Of a stretch of 64,000 nucleotides of DNA, positions 7,061 through 15,016 are shown piece by piece (the stretch's first letter is position 1; each line of letters starts with the position of its first letter). Both the position numbers and the translations under genes were made by a program. Source of the DNA: a virus; the IMG/VR virus record IMGVR_UViG_3300044641_010328, positions 1 through 64,000 of that record; one strand, 5' to 3'. A model generated the notes under the pieces. That model was not told the DNA's origin, made no database searches, and saw only the letters and a program-made list of their open reading frames with translations.

Positions 7061-7877
7061 AGCCTCGCTCCTTCAGCTGTGACAGCGCAAAATCGACCTC
7101 GACGATGAGTCCGTACTTCTCCCTGGTTGTCTCCTTGAACTTGCCGAGGACCAGCAACAGGTCGTCAGGCCGCGTGAGATTCCGCTCTCGAAGAATCGAC
7201 TGGATGTTGTGTGAGAGGCCCTTCGACTCAATTCGCCTGATGACGCTCTCGTCGAAGTCCTCGCAGAGCGCTCGCATGATCCATTCCGTGATTAGAGGCT
7301 CCGAGCGGGGCGTCACCCCTGCGATCCCACGATGCTTGAAGTACTTCATGATCCGGCTGCCCATGAAGGGTGAGGTGTTGTTCTTCACGTCGAGCCGACG
7401 GTCAGCCTCGATCTCCTTGAACCGGCTGTTGACAAAGACATGGTCGCGGGTGATCCCGACGCAGGCGTTCGTGAAGTCGAACCGCTGCAGCTGCTCCTCC
7501 ATGGGCAGGATTAGCTTCTCGCTGTCAACGAGCTGGATGCGCATGTTCTGGTTGTGAATCTCGAGCGCATTGCCGCCGAAAGAGCGGAAGGTGGACATGA
7601 ACTTGAACCTGTGAGATTCTGCCTTTGAGGGGTCTTCAAAGAAGATGTCAATGTCACCCGCAGGGGCCCTGCCAAGTGGTCCACGGTCACCCTTCAGGTA
7701 AGCGCCGATCGCGTCACCACGCATCAGGGAGCGTCCAAACCCGCCAGCGATGTAGCATCCATCGTCTAGAAGGGTGGAGACCAGACCTGGATCAATTAGA
7801 ATCCGCTGTAGCAGGGCGCGCTCGGGATGTGCGTCGATGACGTCATTGAGGTTGAGCCGCTCGTATTGGTCGTTCAC
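7035..7877 (-). CDS. Pol-beta-like nucleotidyltransferase (CCA/poly(A) polymerase head-like)
   Basis: IAGG, GDIDIFF and RFDFT motifs; GTG start after AGGAGG. Confidence 0.75.
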   Translation of the reverse strand: MNDQYERLNLNDVIDAHPERALLQRILIDPGLVSTLLDDGCYIAGGFGRSLMRGDAIGAYLKGDRGPLGRAPAGDIDIFFEDPSKAESHRFKFMSTFRSFGGNALEIHNQNMRIQLVDSEKLILPMEEQLQRFDFTNACVGITRDHVFVNSRFKEIEADRRLDVKNNTSPFMGSRIMKYFKHRGIAGVTPRSEPLITEWIMRALCEDFDESVIRRIESKGLSHNIQSILRERNLTRPDDLLLVLGKFKETTREKYGLIVEVDFALSQLKERGYEVTVPAA

Positions 7878-7941
7878 TATGCCTCCTACGATCATCATAC
7901 CACTGTGGCGATCGATCGCACGACAATCGTATATCGAGAGG

Positions 7942-8178
7942 CTAGTCTTTTACAACGTAGACCGGATTGCTCTCGCAGTCGCGCAGCATCAACTTCAGAC
8001 GCATGATGATCGCGTCCTCGTCTGCCAGGTGGTCGCGGCTGTCAATCGAAAGCATGGTGCTGTCGCTTGTCACATGCTCCGTGAGGCCCGTCTCTCTGTC
8101 ATATGAGATGACACCCACGCTAAAGCTGACGACCTTGTCATCCCTGACTGTCTTCACAATTCCAAAGCGGCGCCTCAC
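7942..8178 (-). CDS. Hypothetical protein
   Basis: 78 aa ORF in the operon. Confidence 0.6.
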   Translation of the reverse strand: MRRRFGIVKTVRDDKVVSFSVGVISYDRETGLTEHVTSDSTMLSIDSRDHLADEDAIIMRLKLMLRDCESNPVYVVKD

Positions 8179-8187
8179 TTCCTGGGC

Positions 8188-8436
8188 TCACTTGATATCG
8201 TTAGTCGACTGGTCGATCTCTGCATTCCAGTCGGTGCGGAGCTTGATCAGTGGGTTGAAGCTAGCATTGCGTCGATCGATGACCAGCGCGCCCTGTGGCT
8301 TCTGCAGGACACCCTCGACCTCGAGGCCCTCAAAGTCGATCTCGGTCTTCTGCTTGTAGACGACCTTGCGATCCTCCTCGTCCACGTTCTCATCACCCGC
8401 TAGTGCTATCGCCGCTAGCAACAACCAAATTGACAT
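8188..8436 (-). CDS. cglF: Adventurous gliding motility protein CglF/GltF homolog
   Basis: Signal peptide, then VVYKQKTEIDFEGLEVEGVLQKPQG...F.PLIKLR.DW..EI..S, the CglF family signature as recalled. Confidence 0.8.
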   Translation of the reverse strand: MSIWLLLAAIALAGDENVDEEDRKVVYKQKTEIDFEGLEVEGVLQKPQGALVIDRRNASFNPLIKLRTDWNAEIDQSTNDIK

Positions 8437-8725
8437 CTTTTTCCTCGCAGTCTACTTTATCTATACCTTCTTGCGCAATGCTTTCTATGATCTGGTCCAG
8501 CATATACAGAGTGTTTGATTGCTTCCAGACCTGCTGTGACCAATCTAGCAGGTCAGAATTCATGGAATAATTTGCTGCTGGACCTTCTCGCTGGACACGC
8601 TCATCAACAAGAGACGTGGCTTTCTTGAGGCCCGTGAGAGCATCAATGAAGCACATGTATGCAACATGCCGCATCTCCCTGATTCGATTCAGATCTCGGA
8701 GCAGAGGACTCTTTTGCTCAGACAT
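8393..8725 (-). CDS. Hypothetical protein
   Basis: 110 aa ORF. Confidence 0.6.
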   Translation of the reverse strand: MSEQKSPLLRDLNRIREMRHVAYMCFIDALTGLKKATSLVDERVQREGPAANYSMNSDLLDWSQQVWKQSNTLYMLDQIIESIAQEGIDKVDCEEKDVNLVVASGDSTSG

Positions 8726-8921
8726 CCACCATCAGGTCCTTGATGAATGCCTCGACTGGATAGAGCTTACCCTCGTGGAGCACCTCGATGACGGCGATCC
8801 TGTTCTTCTGTGCAGGACCTGCATCAAGGCTGTGTGTGATCTGAGAGAATCTGATCTCTCTAACCACGCCCTTTATCTTTCCGTTGTAAGCGTGAAAAAC
8901 CTTGTCACCGACCTTGATCAT
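8718..8921 (-). CDS. Hypothetical small beta-barrel protein
   Basis: MIKVGDKV...GVV pattern. Confidence 0.6.
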   Translation of the reverse strand: MIKVGDKVFHAYNGKIKGVVREIRFSQITHSLDAGPAQKNRIAVIEVLHEGKLYPVEAFIKDLMVDV

Positions 8922-8930
8922 TTTTCCCTC

Positions 8931-10319
8931 TTAGAATTCTACTGGCTTTACAGAGCCTGGATTTCTCGTGAGCCACTCGAGAGGATTTGCAAGCCTGCCC
9001 CTCTTGAACCCGCCTCCCTCCCAGGTTTCCCAGTGAAGATGCGGTCCAGTTGAACGACCTGTGTTTCCAGACAGTGCTATTGTATCACCTGTTTCGACTT
9101 CGTCACCCACATTGGCAAGAACTTTGCTTAGGTGCAGGTACCGAGTAACATCTCCGTTATCGTGCGTGACCTCGACATAGACCCCTGCTGTAGAACTTCC
9201 CGGTGGCGGGACCACCTTTGTGACTTTTCCTGCAAGCGCCGCGCGAACTGGAGTTCCCGTCCTCACACCGATGTCAAGACCCTGGTGCTTCGATCTCTTC
9301 CCAGTAAACGGATCGTTTCTCATTCCGACCTTGCTTGAGAGCCTTCCAACTATGGCAGCTGCGGCCGGTGCGGAAGCGAGCGCAGAACTCAGGCTCGAAT
9401 CTGACGCTGCCTGCTCTGGATCAATCTTTGCCAGAACACCGGTCACTGGGACTGGAAGTGTGCAGCTTTTAATCCTCTCAACAACAGCATCTGCAATCTC
9501 AGACACGACCGGCGGATCCTTGATGTGAATCCCATCTAGGCTCGGCGGGAATGTCACACCAGACTGCTGCAATGTCCCACCGGAAACAACGTCGCGAGGA
9601 TCGATGAAGGTTGCGCCCACCTTCTCAACAGCGGACCGCAGATCCTTGCAATAGTTCTCGCGCTCTCGTGCATAGTTTCCTCCGCCAAGGAGGAACCAGA
9701 AGTCAGAGGATACCGGCATGCCACGATTCAGACCTGCGTCCATGGCATGAGTCGTGTCAACTATCTCTGTAACGGGAGGCGGAATGACGACGAAGCAGCG
9801 AGCAGGTGTGAATAGCTTGATTAATTTGACAACGCTCTCAGCCTGCTCACCGGGCTTGTAGCCCGGGAATATGATCACAACATCATACTGGTCACGATCT
9901 CGTACATTGACCGCAACCTTGGAGTAGATGAAGTTCATGCTCTTCGCTGACTGTGGATTAAAATCAAATTCAAACTTTCCAGTCGCCTCGAGCGCGCGCA
10001 TCACGTCTGGCCCGATCACGCCAGCCTGTGATCCTCCAACAATGAGCGCGCGCTTGTCGCTGTCAATCCGAAGCGCATCACTGAGCGGGATTGACTCAAG
10101 GGCAGCATCTGCAATCTCTGCGCTGACCTGCTCCTTCTCAGCAGACTTGCCTGGGCGCGCGGTCTCGCCGGTTTCCTCGTCGTAAGCATCTTCTTCCTCG
10201 TCATCGCCCGAAAAGAAGTCAACGACGTTCTTTACGACCGGAATGTCAAGAAGCTTCTTTGCTGAGGCCTTCAGGTCCTCGATGGAGATCTCATTTATCT
10301 GGTTTCTTCTGTACTTCAT
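8931..10319 (-). CDS. SGNH-like domain plus M23 peptidase (cell-wall hydrolase)
   Basis: HQGLD, YLHLS and STGPHLHWE M23 motifs; IVGGSQA...DGIH SGNH-like motifs. Confidence 0.88.
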   Translation of the reverse strand: MKYRRNQINEISIEDLKASAKKLLDIPVVKNVVDFFSGDDEEEDAYDEETGETARPGKSAEKEQVSAEIADAALESIPLSDALRIDSDKRALIVGGSQAGVIGPDVMRALEATGKFEFDFNPQSAKSMNFIYSKVAVNVRDRDQYDVVIIFPGYKPGEQAESVVKLIKLFTPARCFVVIPPPVTEIVDTTHAMDAGLNRGMPVSSDFWFLLGGGNYARERENYCKDLRSAVEKVGATFIDPRDVVSGGTLQQSGVTFPPSLDGIHIKDPPVVSEIADAVVERIKSCTLPVPVTGVLAKIDPEQAASDSSLSSALASAPAAAAIVGRLSSKVGMRNDPFTGKRSKHQGLDIGVRTGTPVRAALAGKVTKVVPPPGSSTAGVYVEVTHDNGDVTRYLHLSKVLANVGDEVETGDTIALSGNTGRSTGPHLHWETWEGGGFKRGRLANPLEWLTRNPGSVKPVEF

Positions 10320-10331
10320 GAGATTTAATTA

Positions 10332-10565
10332 TTACGCACGCTCATCATGTTCGTTTGTATCTGTCGCAACGCCTGCCGGAAGACGCTTAAGATCAGTTCT
10401 CCTAAACGGCAGCACGCGGGGATTCTGAGTGTCCTTGTTCATTAGGACCTCGTAATAGCCCGCGCCATAGATTCCCACGACTATTCCGATCTTCTTGCTT
10501 GGTGTTAGAACAATATCGCCAGCATCTATTTCTTCAAGTAGAGTCTGCATGACTTCTCTTAGCAT
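10332..10565 (-). CDS. Hypothetical protein
   Basis: ORF; start uncertain. Confidence 0.5.
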   Translation of the reverse strand: MLREVMQTLLEEIDAGDIVLTPSKKIGIVVGIYGAGYYEVLMNKDTQNPRVLPFRRTDLKRLPAGVATDTNEHDERA

Positions 10566-11100
10566 CGAGCTGGCTGTAGATCTGCTTGAGCCCCTCCTGC
10601 GTAATCTTCTCGCCCTTGATTGTCTCGAATATTTCAATTGCCGACTCAACTCCGTCATCGTATCCTGCAAGATACTGTGACTGAGATTGGTAGTGGATGA
10701 CTGTGGCAGTTAGAGTTCGTATCCTCGATTCCTGCTTGTCGATCCTCTCGGCAAGATCAGAGAGAAGCGCGCCGATGTTTTCGATCGATGTCTGCTCAAG
10801 ACCGGGAATCTTTTTAACAGCCTCGATGGCTTCCATCAGCTCGCGGCGCTCCTCTATCTCCTGGCGCATGTAAACGCTTAGGTCTAGAACCTCCTGGTAT
10901 GCGTCGACAAGCGCATCTCTGCCATTTCTAATCCGCAGCGGGATGCCGTACTTGGCACGGCCTAGCCGATCTCGATCTGTCATATCCTTGATGACAAGGG
11001 GCCATACATCAGCTTGCTCGCTCTTAGGGAAAGGCTGTGCGTAAATTGCTGGATTCTTCTCGCCCTTTGACACGTGCTTATCCTTGCTCTTCTTTCCCAT
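10534..11100 (-). CDS. All-alpha (MazG-like) nucleotide pyrophosphatase-like protein with coiled-coil tail
   Basis: R..LG..KYG..L...DAL.DAYQEVLD..VY. Confidence 0.6.
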   Translation of the reverse strand: MGKKSKDKHVSKGEKNPAIYAQPFPKSEQADVWPLVIKDMTDRDRLGRAKYGIPLRIRNGRDALVDAYQEVLDLSVYMRQEIEERRELMEAIEAVKKIPGLEQTSIENIGALLSDLAERIDKQESRIRTLTATVIHYQSQSQYLAGYDDGVESAIEIFETIKGEKITQEGLKQIYSQLDAKRSHADST

Positions 11101-11147
11101 TAGATCTCCTGTATGGAATACTACCACGAGAGCTCGATTATTTTAAG

Positions 11148-11651
11148 CTAATCGCAGTTTTGCCCCAAAATGTAGGCTTGCCAGCGTCCAACAATGCCAA
11201 AGATCTTCTCAAGGTCTGACTTAAAGACGAGGAGATCGTCGAGATCAGCCGGAAGGGAATGATCAGTTAGCAGGCGCAAAGATTCAACAGTTGTGTCAAA
11301 CGGGTAGACAGCCTCCATCATGCTGCGGTATGAGAACTCACAGGTGAGTCCGAGTTTCGCAAGATCAGCGCTGTACTCGTTGGCTGTGCTTAGCGCGGGG
11401 CCCCCCATCATTCCGACGCAGCTATCTAGCCACTTGTCAGTTAGCTCTCTGATTCCCCGATAGGCGCTGTCCTTGATTGGCAGGATCATGCAATCCTTCT
11501 GGAATTGCATGCATGCGTGACCTCCTGCCTGATGCTCGATGAGGCGCCAGGCAGTAGGGTCTCGAAACGATCCATACGGGCTATTCGTCGTCAGGACAAG
11601 AATCGGGAGCTTGAGGTCCTCAGACCAAGTTGCGATGCGCTCGATTTGCAC
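11148..11651 (-). CDS. Hypothetical protein
   Basis: 167 aa ORF with HQAGGHAC motif. Confidence 0.65.
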   Translation of the reverse strand: MQIERIATWSEDLKLPILVLTTNSPYGSFRDPTAWRLIEHQAGGHACMQFQKDCMILPIKDSAYRGIRELTDKWLDSCVGMMGGPALSTANEYSADLAKLGLTCEFSYRSMMEAVYPFDTTVESLRLLTDHSLPADLDDLLVFKSDLEKIFGIVGRWQAYILGQNCD

Positions 11652-12153
11652 TCTTTACCTCCTCAAGATCTACTAGACGGTAGAATCGATCCCAGGCGAC
11701 GTTGAAGTGCCCTGGGATGGTCCGGTCTCGGCTGTGGATGTGACCATGAACAACGATGTCAGGTGACATCTGCTCAAAGACTCGAACAGACTCCGGATTC
11801 ATCGATGTGGCAGGCTTGTGGATGAAGAGCATCCCGTCCTCAAAGGTCCAATCAGCGACAGACTCGAATCCTGCGCAGATGTACCACATGTCAGCCTGAT
11901 GGTCGTGATTTCCTCGAATTAGGGTCTTTCTCCCCGGAAGATCACCAATGATCTTCTGTAGCGCCTCCTTCCGGGGCCCCAGTCCAGCAGACAGGTCGCC
12001 GACCACGATGACGCGATCGTCTGATGCAACGACCTCGTTCCAGGCGCTGATGATCTTCTGATTCATCTGGTCGACCGTCTCGTGCGGGCGTCCGCAGTAG
12101 GCGATGATGTTTTCGTGGAACAGGTGCAGGTCAGATGTAATCCACGTCCTCAC
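11620..12153 (-). CDS. Calcineurin-like metallophosphoesterase
   Basis: SDLH, VGD, GNHD, HGHIH motifs. Confidence 0.92.
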   Translation of the reverse strand: MRTWITSDLHLFHENIIAYCGRPHETVDQMNQKIISAWNEVVASDDRVIVVGDLSAGLGPRKEALQKIIGDLPGRKTLIRGNHDHQADMWYICAGFESVADWTFEDGMLFIHKPATSMNPESVRVFEQMSPDIVVHGHIHSRDRTIPGHFNVAWDRFYRLVDLEEVKSANRAHRNLV

Positions 12154-12169
12154 GTTTCTCTCCTAAGAC

Positions 12170-12198
12170 ATTATACCATAGTGCGCGAAGTTTACACG
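12170..12198 (-). promoter_or_regulatory. Promoter GTGTAA-N16-TATAAT
   Basis: CGTGTAAA...TGGTATAAT upstream of the phosphoesterase. Confidence 0.72.
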
Positions 12199-12466
12199 CG
12201 AAGCGCGTACTGGTCGATCTTCCTGATCTTGCTCAGGGTGATCGTGTCTGAAGCGCACATGTCGAGGCAGATCCTCGTGACCAGAAGAGATGCGTACAGC
12301 CTATCGGAAAATCTTGCACTCCTTGTGCTCGGTATCATTATCAAGGGGCACCATCACTTCCTCGCCCTGGGGGCGAGAATGCTGATGTTATCGGATCCAG
12401 TCGGTGTCCTATCGGCTTCTTTGTTGACCATTTTGAGTGCCTCCCTTCTATAAGTAGGAAGGTGGA

Positions 12467-13003
12467 TCACTTCTTTTTCTGGATTCTCGGATAAACCTTT
12501 CGATATTTTTCCATCGCCCACATGACGCCGGGCAGAAGATACCGATGCAGCTGGCACTCGGGCACCTTGTTGAATGGCACCCAGACCACCTCGTCATGCT
12601 CCTTGATTCCGTTCTCAGGATTTGGCTTGATCTTTGCATCAGGGCAGAGCGTCTCTGCAACGTAGAGATGCACATTCTTGCGCGTGCGGCCGGTGCTTCG
12701 ATCGATGTTTCTGCACATGTAACGGTCGGGTGCCAGCATGACAGCGACAGTCTCTGATGCGAGCAGCTCTGATCCCATCGGAAGGAGCGTGTAATCAGCC
12801 TCCTGGAAGAGCTCATCAGCAGCGCAGAGCAGGATCGGATCCACACGCTCAGCCGACTCAAAATGAACGGGCTCAATGTGCCCCTTGGGCAAGTCATACT
12901 TCTTTCCGATTCGAAGCATGAGAACGCAGGGGCCGCGCTTCGGATCGTCCCGAATTACAACAACGCCTGCTGATATCTCTGGTTCTCTGTCATTGCCTTG
13001 CAT
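12467..13003 (-). CDS. Nudix hydrolase (Ap4A hydrolase-like)
   Basis: SAGVVV, LPKGHIE...A.DELFQEA, EHDEVVWV. Confidence 0.8.
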   Translation of the reverse strand: MQGNDREPEISAGVVVIRDDPKRGPCVLMLRIGKKYDLPKGHIEPVHFESAERVDPILLCAADELFQEADYTLLPMGSELLASETVAVMLAPDRYMCRNIDRSTGRTRKNVHLYVAETLCPDAKIKPNPENGIKEHDEVVWVPFNKVPECQLHRYLLPGVMWAMEKYRKVYPRIQKKK

Positions 13004-13340
13004 AATCATCCTCGAGCCTGACGACATCGTCCAGCTCGGGGGTTGAAACCTCTACTAGGACGACTGGGACATCGCGTGCCCCAAATCTATGTATCGTCCC
13101 GGGTGACACGTGGAAAACTTCTCCCCTGTCGAGTACACGATCAGAGAAGCCTCCTGCTCCGTCCGATGTCTCAAGGATCAGCTTGCCTTCAAGCACACGG
13201 ATCGTCTCGGTCTTCACGTTGTGATACTGCCTGCTCAGGCGGCAACCTGGGTTGATATGCAGAAACTTGCCAACGTACCTGTCAGTCTCAGCCCAGATCT
13301 CCTCATAGCCCCAGGGCTTCTTGATCAGACGCACGCTCAT
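12990..13340 (-). CDS. Cupin (mannose-6-phosphate isomerase type II C-terminal-like)
   Basis: KPWG, LSRQYH..KTET, HRF, EVSTPELDDVVRLEDDY. Confidence 0.88.
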   Translation of the reverse strand: MSVRLIKKPWGYEEIWAETDRYVGKFLHINPGCRLSRQYHNVKTETIRVLEGKLILETSDGAGGFSDRVLDRGEVFHVSPGTIHRFGARDVPVVLVEVSTPELDDVVRLEDDYARQ

Positions 13341-13813
13341 GACCGCACCGCCTTGACGAGGTCAGACGAGGACTGAATCTTTCCGCCGCCGACGCCGAAC
13401 ATCACCTTGCAGCCGATCCGCTCGCACAGATCAAACTCAGGGACATTCTCGGCACTGTCGCGGTCACCGCCCTTCGTGAAGTAGACTGGACGAAGGATCT
13501 CGAGCGCGCCGGTCACGAACTGCGTGCCATCATCCCAGAGGACGACGGCGTCGACGCCGGCAACACCTGCGATAATCTCAGCACGCTCCATCTCGGGCAT
13601 GAAGGCAAAGCCCTTCTTCCGATTCAGAAATCCGTCACCGTTGACGATGACGACAAGCGGTAGCTTGTTGTTGTGTGCTAAGGAAGCTGAAGCCTGCAGG
13701 CAGCGAAGGTGTCCGACGTGCATCGGATCAAAGCCACCCGATGTTGTGACGCAGGTTCTGAACTTTGGCATTGCCAGGAGCTCATTTGGATGCGAGTAGA
13801 TTTTTGTGATCAT
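13337..13813 (-). CDS. Cytidylyl/adenylyltransferase (TagD/HldE-like)
   Basis: SGGFDPMHVGH, KGGDR, KIQSSS. Confidence 0.9.
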   Translation of the reverse strand: MITKIYSHPNELLAMPKFRTCVTTSGGFDPMHVGHLRCLQASASLAHNNKLPLVVIVNGDGFLNRKKGFAFMPEMERAEIIAGVAGVDAVVLWDDGTQFVTGALEILRPVYFTKGGDRDSAENVPEFDLCERIGCKVMFGVGGGKIQSSSDLVKAVRS

Positions 13814-13842
13814 GCCCTACTCTAACGTGTTTGTCAGGCCAA

Positions 13843-14367
13843 TTAAAGGCCGTCTTCCATCTCAACAGCCACACGCTGCTTCAGCAGGTAGACGAAGTCC
13901 TCAATCGCGTTTGCGTGAGCAGCAATTAGATCGTTGAGACCCAGAGAGAGCGCGCCGCAATCCTCGAGGCACTTGAACTGCTCCTCAAGGAAGCTGATGA
14001 TGTCCTGCACCATGCAGAGTCCTGATGCTGCGATCGCTGTGGGTGAAATCGAGGCGGGCGACGGATAGGCACAGACGATCTGCGCGCCGGCAGCGAGCTG
14101 CTCCTTCGGGCAGGAGAGCTCCATTCCCACCTGCGCGATGCCCTTCTCGATCACGCCGTCGATCTGATCCTGGAAGAACTCGTACATCTTTGGATACAGG
14201 TTGACGTGATCACCTGAGAAGGAGACGCCGCGTGTTGTATGGTGTGCTGAGTGGAACCAGACGTAAGCAGCGCGCAGGTAGGCGATGTAGGAAAAGTAGA
14301 ACTCACGGAGCTTCTGGCTGTGATCGTCCCCGGAGTCGAGCTTGATGACTAGTGTGTTCTGTTGCAT
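13843..14367 (-). CDS. Dps/ferritin-like protein
   Basis: FHSAHH..RG.SF..DH..LY..Y.....D...EK. Confidence 0.75.
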   Translation of the reverse strand: MQQNTLVIKLDSGDDHSQKLREFYFSYIAYLRAAYVWFHSAHHTTRGVSFSGDHVNLYPKMYEFFQDQIDGVIEKGIAQVGMELSCPKEQLAAGAQIVCAYPSPASISPTAIAASGLCMVQDIISFLEEQFKCLEDCGALSLGLNDLIAAHANAIEDFVYLLKQRVAVEMEDGL

Positions 14368-14371
14368 GGGA

Positions 14372-14671
14372 TTATTTATTCAGCACCTGCCAGTCGAAGA
14401 CGCGAACCGGAATATTGATCCCGCAGGCAGGAACTCCGAGCGCACGCAGCTCATCATCGGAGTTCTTAACCTGCAACCCCCAGCCTCGCCATCCGCCCTC
14501 GATGCGCTCTGCCTCTGTGATCCTGATGTCTAGCTCGAGGCCGCAGGGCGCAAGCATCCGCACGATCTTCCCGGGAGTCGGGACCCCTGATAGGTCAAGC
14601 ACACCTGATTGCTCAGCATCAGCGGAGGGCGGAAGATCCCGTGCGCCTGAGCGCCTGATCACGCTACCCAT
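14372..14671 (-). CDS. Hypothetical protein
   Basis: 99 aa ORF. Confidence 0.5.
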   Translation of the reverse strand: MGSVIRRSGARDLPPSADAEQSGVLDLSGVPTPGKIVRMLAPCGLELDIRITEAERIEGGWRGWGLQVKNSDDELRALGVPACGINIPVRVFDWQVLNK

Positions 14672-14945
14672 TCTCTCTCACCAGCCTCAGCTTTTCAGTG
14701 CGTGGGAGGCGCTTCACTCGAATCTCCTCACGCTGCGCGTCGGAGCGGCTGTGCATCGGAAAAGCGATGAGCAGTCTGACAGGCCGCCTGCTTCTCGTGT
14801 ACTTCGCACCCCGCGGTGACGTGTTGTGCTCACGAACCCGGCGCTCGACGTCGGTCGTGCAGCCCGTGTAGATCGTGCCGTCGGCGCACTCAAGCATGTA
14901 TACAAACCACCCTCTCTCGCTGCGTGTCGCATCCTGTTGCATCAT
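14664..14945 (-). CDS. GIY-YIG nuclease (UPF0213/YhbQ-like)
   Basis: WFVYMLECADGTIYTGCTTDVERR..EHN...GAKYTR. Confidence 0.9.
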   Translation of the reverse strand: MMQQDATRSERGWFVYMLECADGTIYTGCTTDVERRVREHNTSPRGAKYTRSRRPVRLLIAFPMHSRSDAQREEIRVKRLPRTEKLRLVRENG

Positions 14946-14973
14946 AACCTACCCAATGCATGTTTAATTGGCG

Positions 14974-15010
14974 ACCGCGCCAGATCACAACAGGCGCGAT
15001 CTGGCGCGGT
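14974..15010 (-). terminator. 13-bp stem-loop after the 837-aa gene
   Basis: ACCGCGCCAGATC/GATCTGGCGCGGT. Confidence 0.6.
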
Positions 15011-15016
15011 GAGACC

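Noticed and set aside
12192-12431. Two tiny minus-strand ORFs (25 aa with a good RBS; 48 aa)
   Set aside because: Plausible, but too short and motif-free to support as features.
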